A stretch of DNA of 64,000 nucleotides from Geopsychrobacteraceae bacterium (lineage in GTDB: Bacteria; Desulfobacterota; Desulfuromonadia; Desulfuromonadales; Geopsychrobacteraceae): the NCBI GenBank assembly GCA_963676795.2, contig CAXXTB010000002.1:64001-128000 (forward strand), in the 5' to 3' direction. Numbering within the stretch: position 1 is the stretch's first letter; each line of letters begins with the position of its first letter. This document shows positions 1-9,971 of the stretch, piece by piece. The notes below the pieces were generated by a model. It ran no database searches. It saw only the letters and a list, made by a program, of their open reading frames with translations, and was not told the origin of the DNA. Position numbers and translations under genes: made by a program.

Positions 1-1674
1 CTGCCGTTGGTCCACGTTTCGACCTTCCTCTGCGGTCCGGACAGCGTGACCAATCCATTGATTAATGAGGTGATCAAAGAACGACCATTTCTGCGCATCC
101 AGTCGGACGCCGCGATCAAAGAACTGGCTCACCTGGAGAACCGCATGAACACCTACGTTCACCAGCTGGCCGCCGAAGGGCGTCAGCAGGTGCGCCTGGG
201 GAATCAGCCATCCTTTGAGGTCCGTCTGCTCGATCCGCTGGAAAACCGCGATGAGCTGGATGCCGAGCGAGATGTCATCTGTTTCCCGACCCTGGCCGAT
301 AACCGGCCGCTGGTGGCGGTGCTTAAGAGTGCCGGGTTTACCTGTCTGGATAATTACGACGAATATTACGATCTGCAGAATCTCATCGAGCAGGGACGTT
401 CGGTTGTCGGTGACGGCGTCTGTGCTCCGCTGGCCGCTGTTTACGGTGACGTTCTGGCGGCAATTCAGTCCTTTAACCGTCTGAAGCAGAAGCACCCGGA
501 CTTCAAGAACAAGAAGCGTCTGTTGATCTTCAACAACAAGGGGCTTGGTCCTTGTCGCCAGGGGCAGTACGTTGAGGTGCACAAGCTGTTCCTCCACCAG
601 TTCAACGGTATCGGCGACAAGGTCGAGGATCTGGGCGACAACCTGATCCAGTTCCTCGTCTCCTACGAAGACGATGGTTACACCAATGGTTTTCCGCGCT
701 GGATCTTCCTGCGCGGCGTCCAGGCGCTGATCCTGCAAGGGGTGATGCATCAGGTCCTCGCCGAGGGGTCGGCGCGCTGCCAGGACAACAAAGAGCTGCA
801 GGCCTTTCTGACCGCTCACAAGGTGCTCTGTGATCGCCTCTCCCATCTGGTTGAAACGCTCCCGGTACCGCCGACTGCGGGGAGTCACGGCCTGATGAAA
901 CTGTTGACCTTGCCGCAATCGCTCGGTTCGCTGTGGCGCGATCTGTTCCGTCATCCGGCGATGACCGAGTTACGTCATTTCAGCAGTCAGTGGTGCAGCA
1001 AACCGCTGGGCAAGCTGATCCGGATTCACATTGACGGTGAAGCCTACATGCGTGTTGCTCAGTACGAGGAAACCCACCGGGTTCTGCTCAACATCCTCGG
1101 ACCGGGGCGTTTCCACCTGACCCACACTCCGCTCTGGGGCTATCTGGAATACAAACTGGCCTGGACCATGGTCAAGGCGAAGGAGGCGATCGCTGAGGCC
1201 AAGGCCGAACTGGCGCGTGGTGGCAGCCTCGAATTCACCCGCCAGCGCAAGGAGAGAATCAAGCTTAAGCGCAAAGCCTATATCCGTGCCAAAGGGATCC
1301 AGCTGCTGTTGCGCAAGGTGATGGCCGGTCCTTTCTACAAGGCTGCCGGCTTGCCGCTACCTGAGCCTATGCCGGAGATTCTGGAAACGGCGGAACGGGT
1401 CATCAAGACCAAGCGGCCGGGTGGTGAGCTGGTCCCTTATCTGGGTGAAGCTCTGCTGAAACTTGAGAAGGGCTATGAGCTGATCCTGAACATCGCTCCT
1501 GAGGGCTGTATGGTCTCATCGATGGGCGAGGTCATCACGCCTGCGCTTTACCAGGTTGCTCCCGGTTTCAAAGGAAAGATCCAGCCGTTGTTCTCCCAGC
1601 AGGGGGATATTGATGAAGAGAAACTGGGGCAGGCGATCCTTCAGGCTCTCGGGCCGGATCGGCTTTATCTGTAA
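1..1674 (+). CDS. C-terminal part of a CoA-substrate-specific enzyme activase / 2-hydroxyacyl-CoA dehydratase activator-related multidomain protein (5' truncated by window edge)
   Basis: Frame open from base 1; motifs FLCGPDS, GVCAP, GPCRQGQY, PEGCMVSS typical of this family. Confidence 0.65.
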   Translation: MPLVHVSTFLCGPDSVTNPLINEVIKERPFLRIQSDAAIKELAHLENRMNTYVHQLAAEGRQQVRLGNQPSFEVRLLDPLENRDELDAERDVICFPTLADNRPLVAVLKSAGFTCLDNYDEYYDLQNLIEQGRSVVGDGVCAPLAAVYGDVLAAIQSFNRLKQKHPDFKNKKRLLIFNNKGLGPCRQGQYVEVHKLFLHQFNGIGDKVEDLGDNLIQFLVSYEDDGYTNGFPRWIFLRGVQALILQGVMHQVLAEGSARCQDNKELQAFLTAHKVLCDRLSHLVETLPVPPTAGSHGLMKLLTLPQSLGSLWRDLFRHPAMTELRHFSSQWCSKPLGKLIRIHIDGEAYMRVAQYEETHRVLLNILGPGRFHLTHTPLWGYLEYKLAWTMVKAKEAIAEAKAELARGGSLEFTRQRKERIKLKRKAYIRAKGIQLLLRKVMAGPFYKAAGLPLPEPMPEILETAERVIKTKRPGGELVPYLGEALLKLEKGYELILNIAPEGCMVSSMGEVITPALYQVAPGFKGKIQPLFSQQGDIDEEKLGQAILQALGPDRLYL

Positions 1675-1705
1675 TCTGTTGGCAGCGCAGGCTGTCGTCT
1701 GTTTT

Positions 1706-1744
1706 CTGCCCAGCCAAGTTGTTCCTGGCTGGGCAGTTTCTTAT
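1706..1744 (+). terminator. Probable intrinsic terminator
   Basis: CTGCCCAGCCA-N9-TGGCTGGGCAG stem followed by TTTCTTAT, 31 bp after the stop. Confidence 0.55.
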
Positions 1745-2022
1745 CTTTCGCGGTGCTGGCGTACATGACAGACGCCGCAAAATTATCTCCGGGAACAAGA
1801 TCTGTATAGCTGTCAGCAAGCCATGATTCCAAAGCCCTGAAGCGGTCTTTTTCTCCACGCCGCGGTCCGGGCATTCGATCTAAGGTCGAGGCACGATCGA
1901 CTGGGGCTCCATAGTTCATATTCAGTTCTGAATGACGTTTGAAATATTTTTCATTCCGTCCACTTTTGCGCTCTCAGACCCGTTGCGGATTGTTTGTTTT
2001 TTGTTAATTTTAAATATGTCAT

Positions 2023-2095
2023 GTCCAAATATTGACACATTATAGTGTTCATATTATTCTCGCTTCACAAAATGAATTATCGTCAAAATGTCGAC
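2023..2095 (+). promoter_or_regulatory. sigma-70-like promoter with two GTC-N8-GAC operator boxes
   Basis: TTGACA (2032-2037), 17 bp, TATTCT (2055-2060); boxes GTCCAAATATTGAC (2023-2036) and GTCAAAATGTCGAC (2082-2095). Confidence 0.55.
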
Positions 2096-2117
2096 ATTGG
2101 AAAGAACGGGTTAAGGT

Positions 2118-3164
2118 ATGACCACAGAGAGTGGCTTGGGCGGAATGATCGGGAAGTCGGAACAGATGCGGGAGCTGTTTGATCTGATTACCTGTGTTGC
2201 CGAGGAAGGTGACAGTACGGTTCTGATCCAGGGGGAAAGCGGGACCGGTAAAGAGTTGATCGCCAGGGCGATCCATCAGAACAGCCCGCGTCGTTCGGGG
2301 CATTTTGTTCCGGTCAATTGTGCTGCTATTCCGGATGAATTGCTCGAAAGTGAGCTCTTCGGCCACGTTAAGGGGGCATTTACCGGAGCCCAGCAGACGA
2401 AGATCGGGCGTATCCAGTTCGCCGATGGCGGGACGCTGTTTCTTGACGAAATCGGTGATATGAAGCCGATTCTGCAGGCCAAGCTGCTCCGTGTTCTGCA
2501 GGAGCGCGAAGTCGAGCAGGTCGGTGGTGTCAAGCCGACCAAGGTCAATGTCCGGGTTATCGCGGCCACCCATCAGAATCTGGAAGCTCTGGTGGCTGAA
2601 GGTCGTTTCCGCGAAGATCTCTATTACCGCCTGGCGGTTATCCCCCTGCTGGCTCCGCCTCTGCGTGAACGTCGTGAGGATATCGCACTGCTGATCGATC
2701 TGTTTATCGAGCGTTTCAGCCGGCGCAAGACGGACCGCAGGACCGTCATCGAGCCGCTGGCCATGCGCAGCCTTGAAGCCTACGACTGGCCGGGCAATGT
2801 CCGTGAGCTGGAAAACCTGATTCAGCGGCTGGTCATTCTCCATCGGGGTAAAAAGATCTCCATGAAAGAGCTGCCCGACAAGTATTGCTGTTCTGGGCTT
2901 GTCGAAGAGCTACCGCTTGAAGATCTTCCCGCAGAGCGTTCTCAGGGGGAAACTGTCCGGGGTGTGGTGAAGATCGAACCACCGGAAATCGTCTGGCAGG
3001 AATGCGGCCTCGATTTCAATCAGCTGATCAGTGAATTTGAGGATCGCCTGATCATGGAGGCGTTGAAAAAAACAGATGGTAACAAGAAAGAGGCTGCCTG
3101 TCTGCTGAATCTGAAAAGAACAACGCTGATCGAGAAGATCAAAAAGAAAAACCTGCCCGTTTAG
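2118..3164 (+). CDS. sigma-54-dependent enhancer-binding protein (AAA+ plus Fis HTH) without N-terminal regulatory domain
   Basis: [32 protein letters not shown]-terminal HTH; in-frame TAA at 2112 just upstream of ATG. Confidence 0.9.
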   Translation: MTTESGLGGMIGKSEQMRELFDLITCVAEEGDSTVLIQGESGTGKELIARAIHQNSPRRSGHFVPVNCAAIPDELLESELFGHVKGAFTGAQQTKIGRIQFADGGTLFLDEIGDMKPILQAKLLRVLQEREVEQVGGVKPTKVNVRVIAATHQNLEALVAEGRFREDLYYRLAVIPLLAPPLRERREDIALLIDLFIERFSRRKTDRRTVIEPLAMRSLEAYDWPGNVRELENLIQRLVILHRGKKISMKELPDKYCCSGLVEELPLEDLPAERSQGETVRGVVKIEPPEIVWQECGLDFNQLISEFEDRLIMEALKKTDGNKKEAACLLNLKRTTLIEKIKKKNLPV

Positions 3165-3296
3165 GTAGTCTGTTTCGCTGAAAGCGCGTCTACGCATTGC
3201 CGCACTGAATGAGGGTGTTTTTATGTCTTAGAAATATCATTAAAACTATTCATGTGCTAGGATTCCTTTGGGATTTTGATTTGGCAGTGGAGTGGT

Positions 3297-4367
3297 ATGG
3301 GGACTGCAAAAAAACACAAATATTTTGATCACTACAGGAACGAGCTGGTCCAGTGTTATCTGCGTACCGGTTTTACGCTGTTCTGTTTTGCCTCGCTGTT
3401 TATTTATCAGCAGGTCTATCATGTCGAATTGTGGTCTTCGGCACGCTTCATGGGGCTGTTTCTGCTCTGGATCCTGGTTTACTATCTGTTTATAAGGGCT
3501 TTCCCGCGGTTTTATGCAAAGCAGCGCATCCTCTTCGTCATGGTTGTCGATATCCTGGCGACGGCGTGGTGCATGTACATTTCCGCTGAGCTGTCCGCAC
3601 TGGTTGTTTCGACCTTTATCTGGTACATCCTCGGTTATGGCATGCGCTTTGGCTACAAGTATGCTCTGACCGGTGGGCTGCTGAGTGTCTGTTCCTTTCT
3701 GACCCTGGCGATTTCTTCCGATTACTGGCGAGCCAATCCGATCGTCGTATTGGGTTGGGTCCTTGCGTTTGTCGCCATCCCTGCCTACAGTTTTGCTCTG
3801 GTCAAGCGTTTGCATATTTCTTTGCATGAGCTGAACCGGGCCCTGGACCAGACTGAACAGCTGGCCAGGTATGACAGCCTGACACAACTCTATAATCGGC
3901 ACTATCTTTCTCAGCTGACTGAACGGATGCAGCGCAGTTATTCTCAACTGGCGATCCTGCTGGTCGATCTGGATGGTTTCAAGCAGATCAATGACAATTA
4001 CGGTCATGCTGTGGGAGATCAGGTCCTGGTCGAGGTTGCAACCCGACTGAAAAGCTTCTGCTGTGAAAACTGCGTGGTCGGACGGCTTGGCGGGGATGAG
4101 TTTATGGTTGCCGTTGGTGATTTTGAGGAACGGGACGCAGTTGTCGCCTTTGCTGAAAAGCTGCTTGCTGCGATAGGGGATGTTGGTGAAAGGTTCATGG
4201 GGCTGTCCGCGAGTATCGGGATCAGCTTTTATCCCGACGACTCGGCGGACCTGTCGCAGGTCAAAAGAAACGCCGATATTGCCATGTATCAGGTCAAACG
4301 CAGCGGTAAAAACTGTGTTTATATCTATTCAGAGCGCTTGCCACAGGCTCTTGGCGGGATGGTCTGA
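3297..4367 (+). CDS. Membrane-bound diguanylate cyclase (multi-TM sensor + GGDEF)
   Basis: Hydrophobic N-terminal helices; DSLTQLYNR, DLDGFKQINDNYGH, RLGGDEF. Confidence 0.9.
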   Translation: MGTAKKHKYFDHYRNELVQCYLRTGFTLFCFASLFIYQQVYHVELWSSARFMGLFLLWILVYYLFIRAFPRFYAKQRILFVMVVDILATAWCMYISAELSALVVSTFIWYILGYGMRFGYKYALTGGLLSVCSFLTLAISSDYWRANPIVVLGWVLAFVAIPAYSFALVKRLHISLHELNRALDQTEQLARYDSLTQLYNRHYLSQLTERMQRSYSQLAILLVDLDGFKQINDNYGHAVGDQVLVEVATRLKSFCCENCVVGRLGGDEFMVAVGDFEERDAVVAFAEKLLAAIGDVGERFMGLSASIGISFYPDDSADLSQVKRNADIAMYQVKRSGKNCVYIYSERLPQALGGMV

Positions 4368-4377
4368 ACGATCTTTC

Positions 4378-6258
4378 TCAGCTCGCTTTTTTCAAGTGCT
4401 GTGAGACCTTGTTCTGTATTTCGGTGCTGGTCGCCGGAAGAACCAGGATATCTTTGGCGCCGTATTTCACCGCCCGCAAAACAGCGGACCTGGTCCAGTC
4501 CGGGCCGGCAAAGATCAGAGGCGGAAGCTTCTGCCCGGATGACTGCAGTTTGATTGCCGCGGCAAATCCCTTTTCACCGACCTGGGCCATAAGCAGGAAA
4601 ATTCCGACGATCTGATGCTGTTGAAAGAGCGGCCTGATCTCATCTTGATAGCTGAGAACCTTGCAGGTATAACCGGCGGAGGTCAGGATCTCTGAAAATG
4701 GTCGGGCATTGTCCTGTTGATCCGAAATGACCAGAACCAATGGTTTTTTGACTTCGGCTGTTGCTGCTGACGGCTTTTCAAGTGGAGGTCCGCCCCATTC
4801 GCCTGGTGCAGGCTCGCTCGCCTCGGGGACTTCTCCCCAGTCGTCAGTGGTTGCTGTACTTGCTGTTTCTGCCGGGAGGCCACCCCATTCGCCGGGCGCG
4901 GGCTGATCCCCTTTGGCGCTTTGCTCCGTCTTTTGCTTCTGCTCAACGGCATGTCCTTCCAGTCCAAAGATTTCGGCGGGAAAGATCAGATGCGCCCTGT
5001 GCAGCTCAAACTCCTCCATTCCCAGCGCGAAACTGGCAAGGTAATAGTCGCCTTCAGGGAAAGGGGCATCCGCTGCCATATCGAGCTTGGTTGGAATGAT
5101 GGTCTCGGTGTCGGTCTTGATGTAGCGGATCTGCTTCGGATAGCGGTCCAGAAAGAGCTGGGTGAGTCCCCCCGAAACGATGTTGGCGATTTCACCGAAG
5201 GCATCTGCAACCTCGCCTTCCAGCTTTCCGCTCTTGCTCTGCTCTACAATTTCATCGTCAGGCAGCATGATCAGTGTGCCGCCCAAGATCACGGCATCCG
5301 GAACCTCGACGCACAGAAAGCCGAGCCCTTCGCGTTCACCGGTCACCTTCATGTGGGTCAGGACCGATTTCTCCATACAGTAACTGGAGAAGAACTCAGC
5401 CTTGCTGGTGACCAGCAGTTTCAGATCGCTGCATTTGAGCGTCTGTCCGAGCAGTGCGCCGACCTCATCACCAAGCTGATTGACAACCGAGGTAAAGACC
5501 ACATCGGTCAGTTTCTTGGCTTCGCTGAAGGACGGGCGTTTGGGGGGCGGAGGGGCAGGTGCTGTTGCGGTTGCCTCCGCTGGTTGTTCGGCCGGTGAGG
5601 GCTCCTGCGCTGCAGGCTCGGCTAGAGGCTCGGGCTGCACCTCTGCAGCCGCCTGGGCTGGCTGTTCTTCAATGACATCCTCTTCAAGGCCGAAGATGCT
5701 GGCGGGAACGACAAATTCGAGGTTGCCCAGATCCTGATCCGCGAGCTTCAGGGAACATTTGGTCAGATAGTAATTGCCGGCCGGGAAGGGGGCATCGCTG
5801 TCAACATCGATTTTTGTCGGTATCAGATCTTCGACAGATTTTTTGATAAAGCGCAGGTTGTCTTTGTACTTATCGACAAAGACCTGGGTGAAGACACCGG
5901 CGATGATATTGGCAATCTCACCGAAGGCATCCTGTATCTCGCCGTCGATCTTTTCATCGGCGGCCTGCTCTTCGATGATATCGTCGGGCAGCATGATCAG
6001 GGTGCCGCCAAGGATCGCCGCGCTGGCAACAGGGATGAGGAGGTAGCAGTGCCCTTCACGGTCACCGCTGACGGTCATACGGGTGAGGGTGGTTTTTTTT
6101 CTGGCGGGATCGGCAAACAGTTGGGCCTTGCTGACGATATCGACCTGGGCGGCACCACAGGTCAGCTCCTGGCCGAGAAGCGCACCGACCTCGCCACCCA
6201 GGTTCGTGATACCTGCTTTGCAGATGACATCAATAATAGCCCGCTGATCCAAAATCAA
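4378..6258 (-). CDS. Tandem CheC/CheX-like phosphatase domains fused to a degenerate receiver domain
   Basis: Two copies of GEVGALLGQ...ILGGTLIMLPDD...DAFGEIANI; C-terminal REC-like segment lacking the phospho-Asp; start may be TTG at 6252. Confidence 0.7.
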   Translation of the reverse strand: MILDQRAIIDVICKAGITNLGGEVGALLGQELTCGAAQVDIVSKAQLFADPARKKTTLTRMTVSGDREGHCYLLIPVASAAILGGTLIMLPDDIIEEQAADEKIDGEIQDAFGEIANIIAGVFTQVFVDKYKDNLRFIKKSVEDLIPTKIDVDSDAPFPAGNYYLTKCSLKLADQDLGNLEFVVPASIFGLEEDVIEEQPAQAAAEVQPEPLAEPAAQEPSPAEQPAEATATAPAPPPPKRPSFSEAKKLTDVVFTSVVNQLGDEVGALLGQTLKCSDLKLLVTSKAEFFSSYCMEKSVLTHMKVTGEREGLGFLCVEVPDAVILGGTLIMLPDDEIVEQSKSGKLEGEVADAFGEIANIVSGGLTQLFLDRYPKQIRYIKTDTETIIPTKLDMAADAPFPEGDYYLASFALGMEEFELHRAHLIFPAEIFGLEGHAVEQKQKTEQSAKGDQPAPGEWGGLPAETASTATTDDWGEVPEASEPAPGEWGGPPLEKPSAATAEVKKPLVLVISDQQDNARPFSEILTSAGYTCKVLSYQDEIRPLFQQHQIVGIFLLMAQVGEKGFAAAIKLQSSGQKLPPLIFAGPDWTRSAVLRAVKYGAKDILVLPATSTEIQNKVSQHLKKAS

Positions 6259-6277
6259 CCCCTATGTTATGGCGGGG

Positions 6278-6736
6278 CTACATGAGATTGTATTTGATCT
6301 CGACGAAAAATTGCCCCTGTTCAATGCTAAATGGAATAACAACCCTGCGACTGTCCTTCGGTGCTGAAATCGTGTAGGACTTGCCGGTGACAGTCGTCGG
6401 TATCGCCAGTTCCAAATCGATATCTTCGGTTGAAAAACGTTCCTTCAATCCTCCGGCCATCATGTTGGCGATTTCACCGAGGGCATCTTTCACGTCAGCG
6501 TCGATCTCTTCCAGTTCCATGCCGAGCATGCCACCGGCAATGGCCAGTCCTGTCGCTTCCGGGCAGTGGATGCTGAGCATGGCACTGATTGACCCGGTCA
6601 GGCCGATCATGGCAGAAACGTGACAATCAAGAACCTGCTTTCCTTCTTCGAGAGCCGGTTCCGGGCTGACGTCCATGAAAATCATGGTACTGAATATCTC
6701 TTCGGTAGTTTCTACGATTTTTTTAGCAAATTCCAC
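6278..6736 (-). CDS. cheX: Chemotaxis phosphatase CheX
   Basis: SAMIGLTG, DALGEIANMMAG (ExxN), LAIP. Confidence 0.85.
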   Translation of the reverse strand: MEFAKKIVETTEEIFSTMIFMDVSPEPALEEGKQVLDCHVSAMIGLTGSISAMLSIHCPEATGLAIAGGMLGMELEEIDADVKDALGEIANMMAGGLKERFSTEDIDLELAIPTTVTGKSYTISAPKDSRRVVIPFSIEQGQFFVEIKYNLM

Positions 6737-6774
6737 AGGAATCTCTCAGTCTCTGGTGGTTGATCGGAAAAGTC

Positions 6775-7233
6775 TCAATCCTGACGGAACTGAAGCTCAA
6801 CCAGGAAGTTATCGCCATTGAAACTGAACGGGACCGTCACCGTCTGCGAATTGGCCAGGCAGTCGATCGAGTACTCTTCCCCGTGAACAGCAGATGGCAT
6901 CGACAGCTTGATGTCACTGCCGCTCGGGTCGAGCGCCGATTTCAGGTTGCCGGCAACCATGTTGGCCAGTTCGCCGATGGCATCACGGACATCATCGTCG
7001 ATCTCCTCAACCTCCATGCCGAGAAAAGCTGTTGTGACTGCAAGTGCTGCACTGTTCGGCAGGTGAATGGCGAGCAGGCCCTTTGTTGATCCCGCCAGGC
7101 CGATAATGCCGGAAATGCTGTTTCTCAATGGCTCATGGGCCCGTTCATAGGGCTGTCCTGGCGTGACTTCGAGCATGATCATGCTCGAGAAAATTTCCTG
7201 GGTAGAGTCAATTATATACTGAGCGTGCTCCAC
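6775..7233 (-). CDS. cheX: Chemotaxis phosphatase CheX
   Basis: SGIIGLAG, DAIGELANMVAG (ExxN), LSMP. Confidence 0.85.
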   Translation of the reverse strand: MEHAQYIIDSTQEIFSSMIMLEVTPGQPYERAHEPLRNSISGIIGLAGSTKGLLAIHLPNSAALAVTTAFLGMEVEEIDDDVRDAIGELANMVAGNLKSALDPSGSDIKLSMPSAVHGEEYSIDCLANSQTVTVPFSFNGDNFLVELQFRQD

Positions 7234-7296
7234 GAAAAGCTCCTTCTTGTGCCGGCTGTCGATCCTGTCGACAGCCGGGCCTGGCGGGTTTGATTG

Positions 7297-7668
7297 TTAG
7301 AGAAGTGCGCCAAGGGTTTCATTGATCATTTCCGGGGTAAAGGGCTTTTTGATCGCACCTTTGGCACCGTATGATTTGGCTTCATCGATGATATCGGCAC
7401 CGGTCTCTGTAGAGATCATGATGACCGGAATATCCTTGATCGCGGCATTCTCCGATTTGGCCTTGAGAAATTCCAGGCCGTTCATGTTCGGCATGTTGAT
7501 ATCGCTGAGGATGATGTCGACCTTGTTGCCGCCAAGCACGTCGAGCGCTTCCTGGCCGTCACCGGCTTCGAGAATGGTGTCGAAATCGAGGCCAGCCTGA
7601 CGAAGGGAACGGGAAACAATCTTGCGCATGGTATTTGAATCATCGACAATGAGAACGGTTCTTCCCAT
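7297..7668 (-). CDS. cheY: CheY-like single-domain response regulator
   Basis: LIVDDS, LSDINMP, KKPF. Confidence 0.85.
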   Translation of the reverse strand: MGRTVLIVDDSNTMRKIVSRSLRQAGLDFDTILEAGDGQEALDVLGGNKVDIILSDINMPNMNGLEFLKAKSENAAIKDIPVIMISTETGADIIDEAKSYGAKGAIKKPFTPEMINETLGALL

Positions 7669-7718
7669 GTTATTTTCTCCTTTAAGCTATAAATGATTGA
7701 ATTGGTTATTCTCAGTCC

Positions 7719-8192
7719 CTACTGGTTCATTGCGACCAGAGCGGGTCCTGAGGCGTAAATGAAAATTGGATCTTCATCCCCGGTCATCAATTTCCAGATG
7801 ACCGTTCCCGGTTCGGCTGCGGGCAGCTCGTCTTCACCGATTTCCGGCAGGCCCAGTTTGTATTGCTGGTCATCCGGCAGCAGATTGGTCATGAACAGCC
7901 CGGCGACGGTGTTGACGATTTCGTTGAGGATGTCGTTCATCTGTGATTCGGTCAGTTCTTCCTCGTCAATTCCAAAAATATTGCATGACAGTTTTTTCAG
8001 CAGAGCGCCCGACATGGCCAGACGGATCTCCCCCTGGACCGGGTCATTGATCAGCAGACTGGTCCAGACCGTTTCTTGCGCCGGAATTTCATAATCCGGG
8101 TCGAAATGCTCCATTACTTCCATGAACGCCATGTTTTCGAGGGTCTGGCTGACTGCTGTCATCATGGCGTTATACATCGATTGTTCACCCAT
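7719..8192 (-). CDS. Divergent CheX-like protein
   Basis: TLENMAFM, DILNEIVNTVAG (ExxN), LGLP; inside che operon. Confidence 0.65.
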   Translation of the reverse strand: MGEQSMYNAMMTAVSQTLENMAFMEVMEHFDPDYEIPAQETVWTSLLINDPVQGEIRLAMSGALLKKLSCNIFGIDEEELTESQMNDILNEIVNTVAGLFMTNLLPDDQQYKLGLPEIGEDELPAAEPGTVIWKLMTGDEDPIFIYASGPALVAMNQ

Positions 8193-8216
8193 GTATATGT
8201 TCTCCCGCTAGATAGA

Positions 8217-8591
8217 TTAAGAATCGATAAATTCCGAAAGGGCGTCCATCATCACCGGAGGTGAGACCGGTTTGTTCAGGACCCGATAAACTCCGAGTTC
8301 AAGAAGTTGATGCTCCTTGGCCGGATTCCCGGCACTGGTGATGACGATGATCGGGACCTCGCACAGTCTGGGGTTGGCCTTGACCCACTTGACCAGGGTT
8401 TCGCCATCCATAACCGGCATATTCAGGTCGGTCAGGATCAGGTCGACATCCTGGGCCTTGGCTGCGGTAAGGGCTTCCTTACCGTTCTCCACCTCGATCA
8501 ACTCAGCGTCACCGAGACCAACGATGCTCAGACAGCGCTTGATGAACATTCTGGCGGTTGCTGAATCGTCTGCGATGATAATTCGTTTCAT
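8217..8591 (-). CDS. CheY-like single-domain response regulator
   Basis: IIADDS, LTDLNMP, NKP. Confidence 0.85.
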   Translation of the reverse strand: MKRIIIADDSATARMFIKRCLSIVGLGDAELIEVENGKEALTAAKAQDVDLILTDLNMPVMDGETLVKWVKANPRLCEVPIIVITSAGNPAKEHQLLELGVYRVLNKPVSPPVMMDALSEFIDS

Positions 8592-9472
8592 TGGCTTTGC
8601 TCTCCCGGACCGTTCATCGATCCTTCAAGTTTTTCAAATTCCATATCAACAGCTAGCATAACTTTTGACAAGGCGTTGGGGCTGACCTTGATATAATTCT
8701 TGTAGCCCGGATCCAGCTTGTAGCGCATACTGTCAGCGCCAGTGCCGAAGCCGCCGAGCATGGCGATACTGTCGCCGAGATGGACGGCATAAACCAGTGG
8801 CCGGTATTCTTCCGCAGCCTTTTCCGGTTCATGGTGATAGAGAATCGCTTCGGCCAGCTCGTCAGGTAATTGCCAGGCTTTGGCCAGTTCATATCCCGCC
8901 TGGGTATGGTTGAAGCCGATCAGTTTTTCTTCGGCTTCCAGGTAGTCCGGGCTGTCTTCACCGTTTAACAGCGCAATCGCTTCCGGAACTGAACCCTGCA
9001 GGTAGTCGGAGATCAGCGATTTGCCGATGTCATGGAGCAGGCCGGCTGTGAAAGCGAGCTCGGCGCTGATTCCTTCCGCTTTACACTCGACGACAATTTC
9101 ACGCGCCGCAATAGCTGCCCTGAGGTCGTGTTTCCAGAGGGAGCCGCTGGTCGATTCATAGCCGCTCAGTTCCTTGGTGAACAGTTTACCTGCACAATCG
9201 CCGAGGGCGATACCGACAACGATCCGTTCACCGAGATAGGAGACGGCGCGATCGATCGAAGACACCTTGCTGACCAGGCTGAAGGCCGCCGAGTTGACGA
9301 CCTTGAGGACACGGGCCGTCAGGTTCGCGTCAAACTTGACCAGATTGATGATGTCCACCAGATCGTGATCGGCCTGTGCCGCGACCTGGAGCAGCCGGCT
9401 GGCACTGGGTGACAACATGGGAACCGCCTTAACAATCTTCTGTAGCTCTTCTTGAGTTATCAGTTGTGTCAT
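8588..9472 (-). CDS. HDOD domain protein
   Basis: LTARVLKVVNSA, AVSYLG, AGLLHDIGK, WQLP...YHHEP. Confidence 0.9.
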   Translation of the reverse strand: MTQLITQEELQKIVKAVPMLSPSASRLLQVAAQADHDLVDIINLVKFDANLTARVLKVVNSAAFSLVSKVSSIDRAVSYLGERIVVGIALGDCAGKLFTKELSGYESTSGSLWKHDLRAAIAAREIVVECKAEGISAELAFTAGLLHDIGKSLISDYLQGSVPEAIALLNGEDSPDYLEAEEKLIGFNHTQAGYELAKAWQLPDELAEAILYHHEPEKAAEEYRPLVYAVHLGDSIAMLGGFGTGADSMRYKLDPGYKNYIKVSPNALSKVMLAVDMEFEKLEGSMNGPGEQSQ

Positions 9473-9482
9473 GTGGTTCCTC

Positions 9483-9971
9483 CTATAGCAGCCAGTTCGG
9501 CTTGCCGGGCGAGCTCAGGGTGATCTGCCCGGCAGAGACTGAAATCGAAACGGTGCGACTGTAGTTGCCACCAAGATCTTCAGAAACAGCCCCCATTCCG
9601 TAAGACCAGAGGATTTTTTTGATAGCCAGGGCGTTCCGCTTGCCGATCTGGAACGTGTCGTTGGCATCCATGACGTTAGCACCACCGCACAGTTTGACGA
9701 TCATCCCTTTGCCGCGTTTGTCGCAGCCGAAGGTCGCCATCTTTTCCAGCAGTGCCGGAATCGCCGTGTCGGCAAAATAACCTGGTTTTTCAGCTGCTTT
9801 AGCCTTGTTAATAGAGGAATCAGGCAGGGCGACGTGAGCCATGCCGACCGTTCTGGTTTTTGGATCGAGCAGGATGACGGAGACACAGGATCCCAGAGCG
9901 AAGGTTTTTACATCGTCGCCAGGTGTGTTCGATGCGCCGTAATCACCGACCCCTAAAATTATTTGACCCAT
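9483..9971 (-). CDS. cheD: Chemoreceptor glutamine deamidase CheD
   Basis: LGSCVSV, GMAHVALP, GGANV, IGKRN, EDLGG. Confidence 0.92.
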   Translation of the reverse strand: MGQIILGVGDYGASNTPGDDVKTFALGSCVSVILLDPKTRTVGMAHVALPDSSINKAKAAEKPGYFADTAIPALLEKMATFGCDKRGKGMIVKLCGGANVMDANDTFQIGKRNALAIKKILWSYGMGAVSEDLGGNYSRTVSISVSAGQITLSSPGKPNWLL

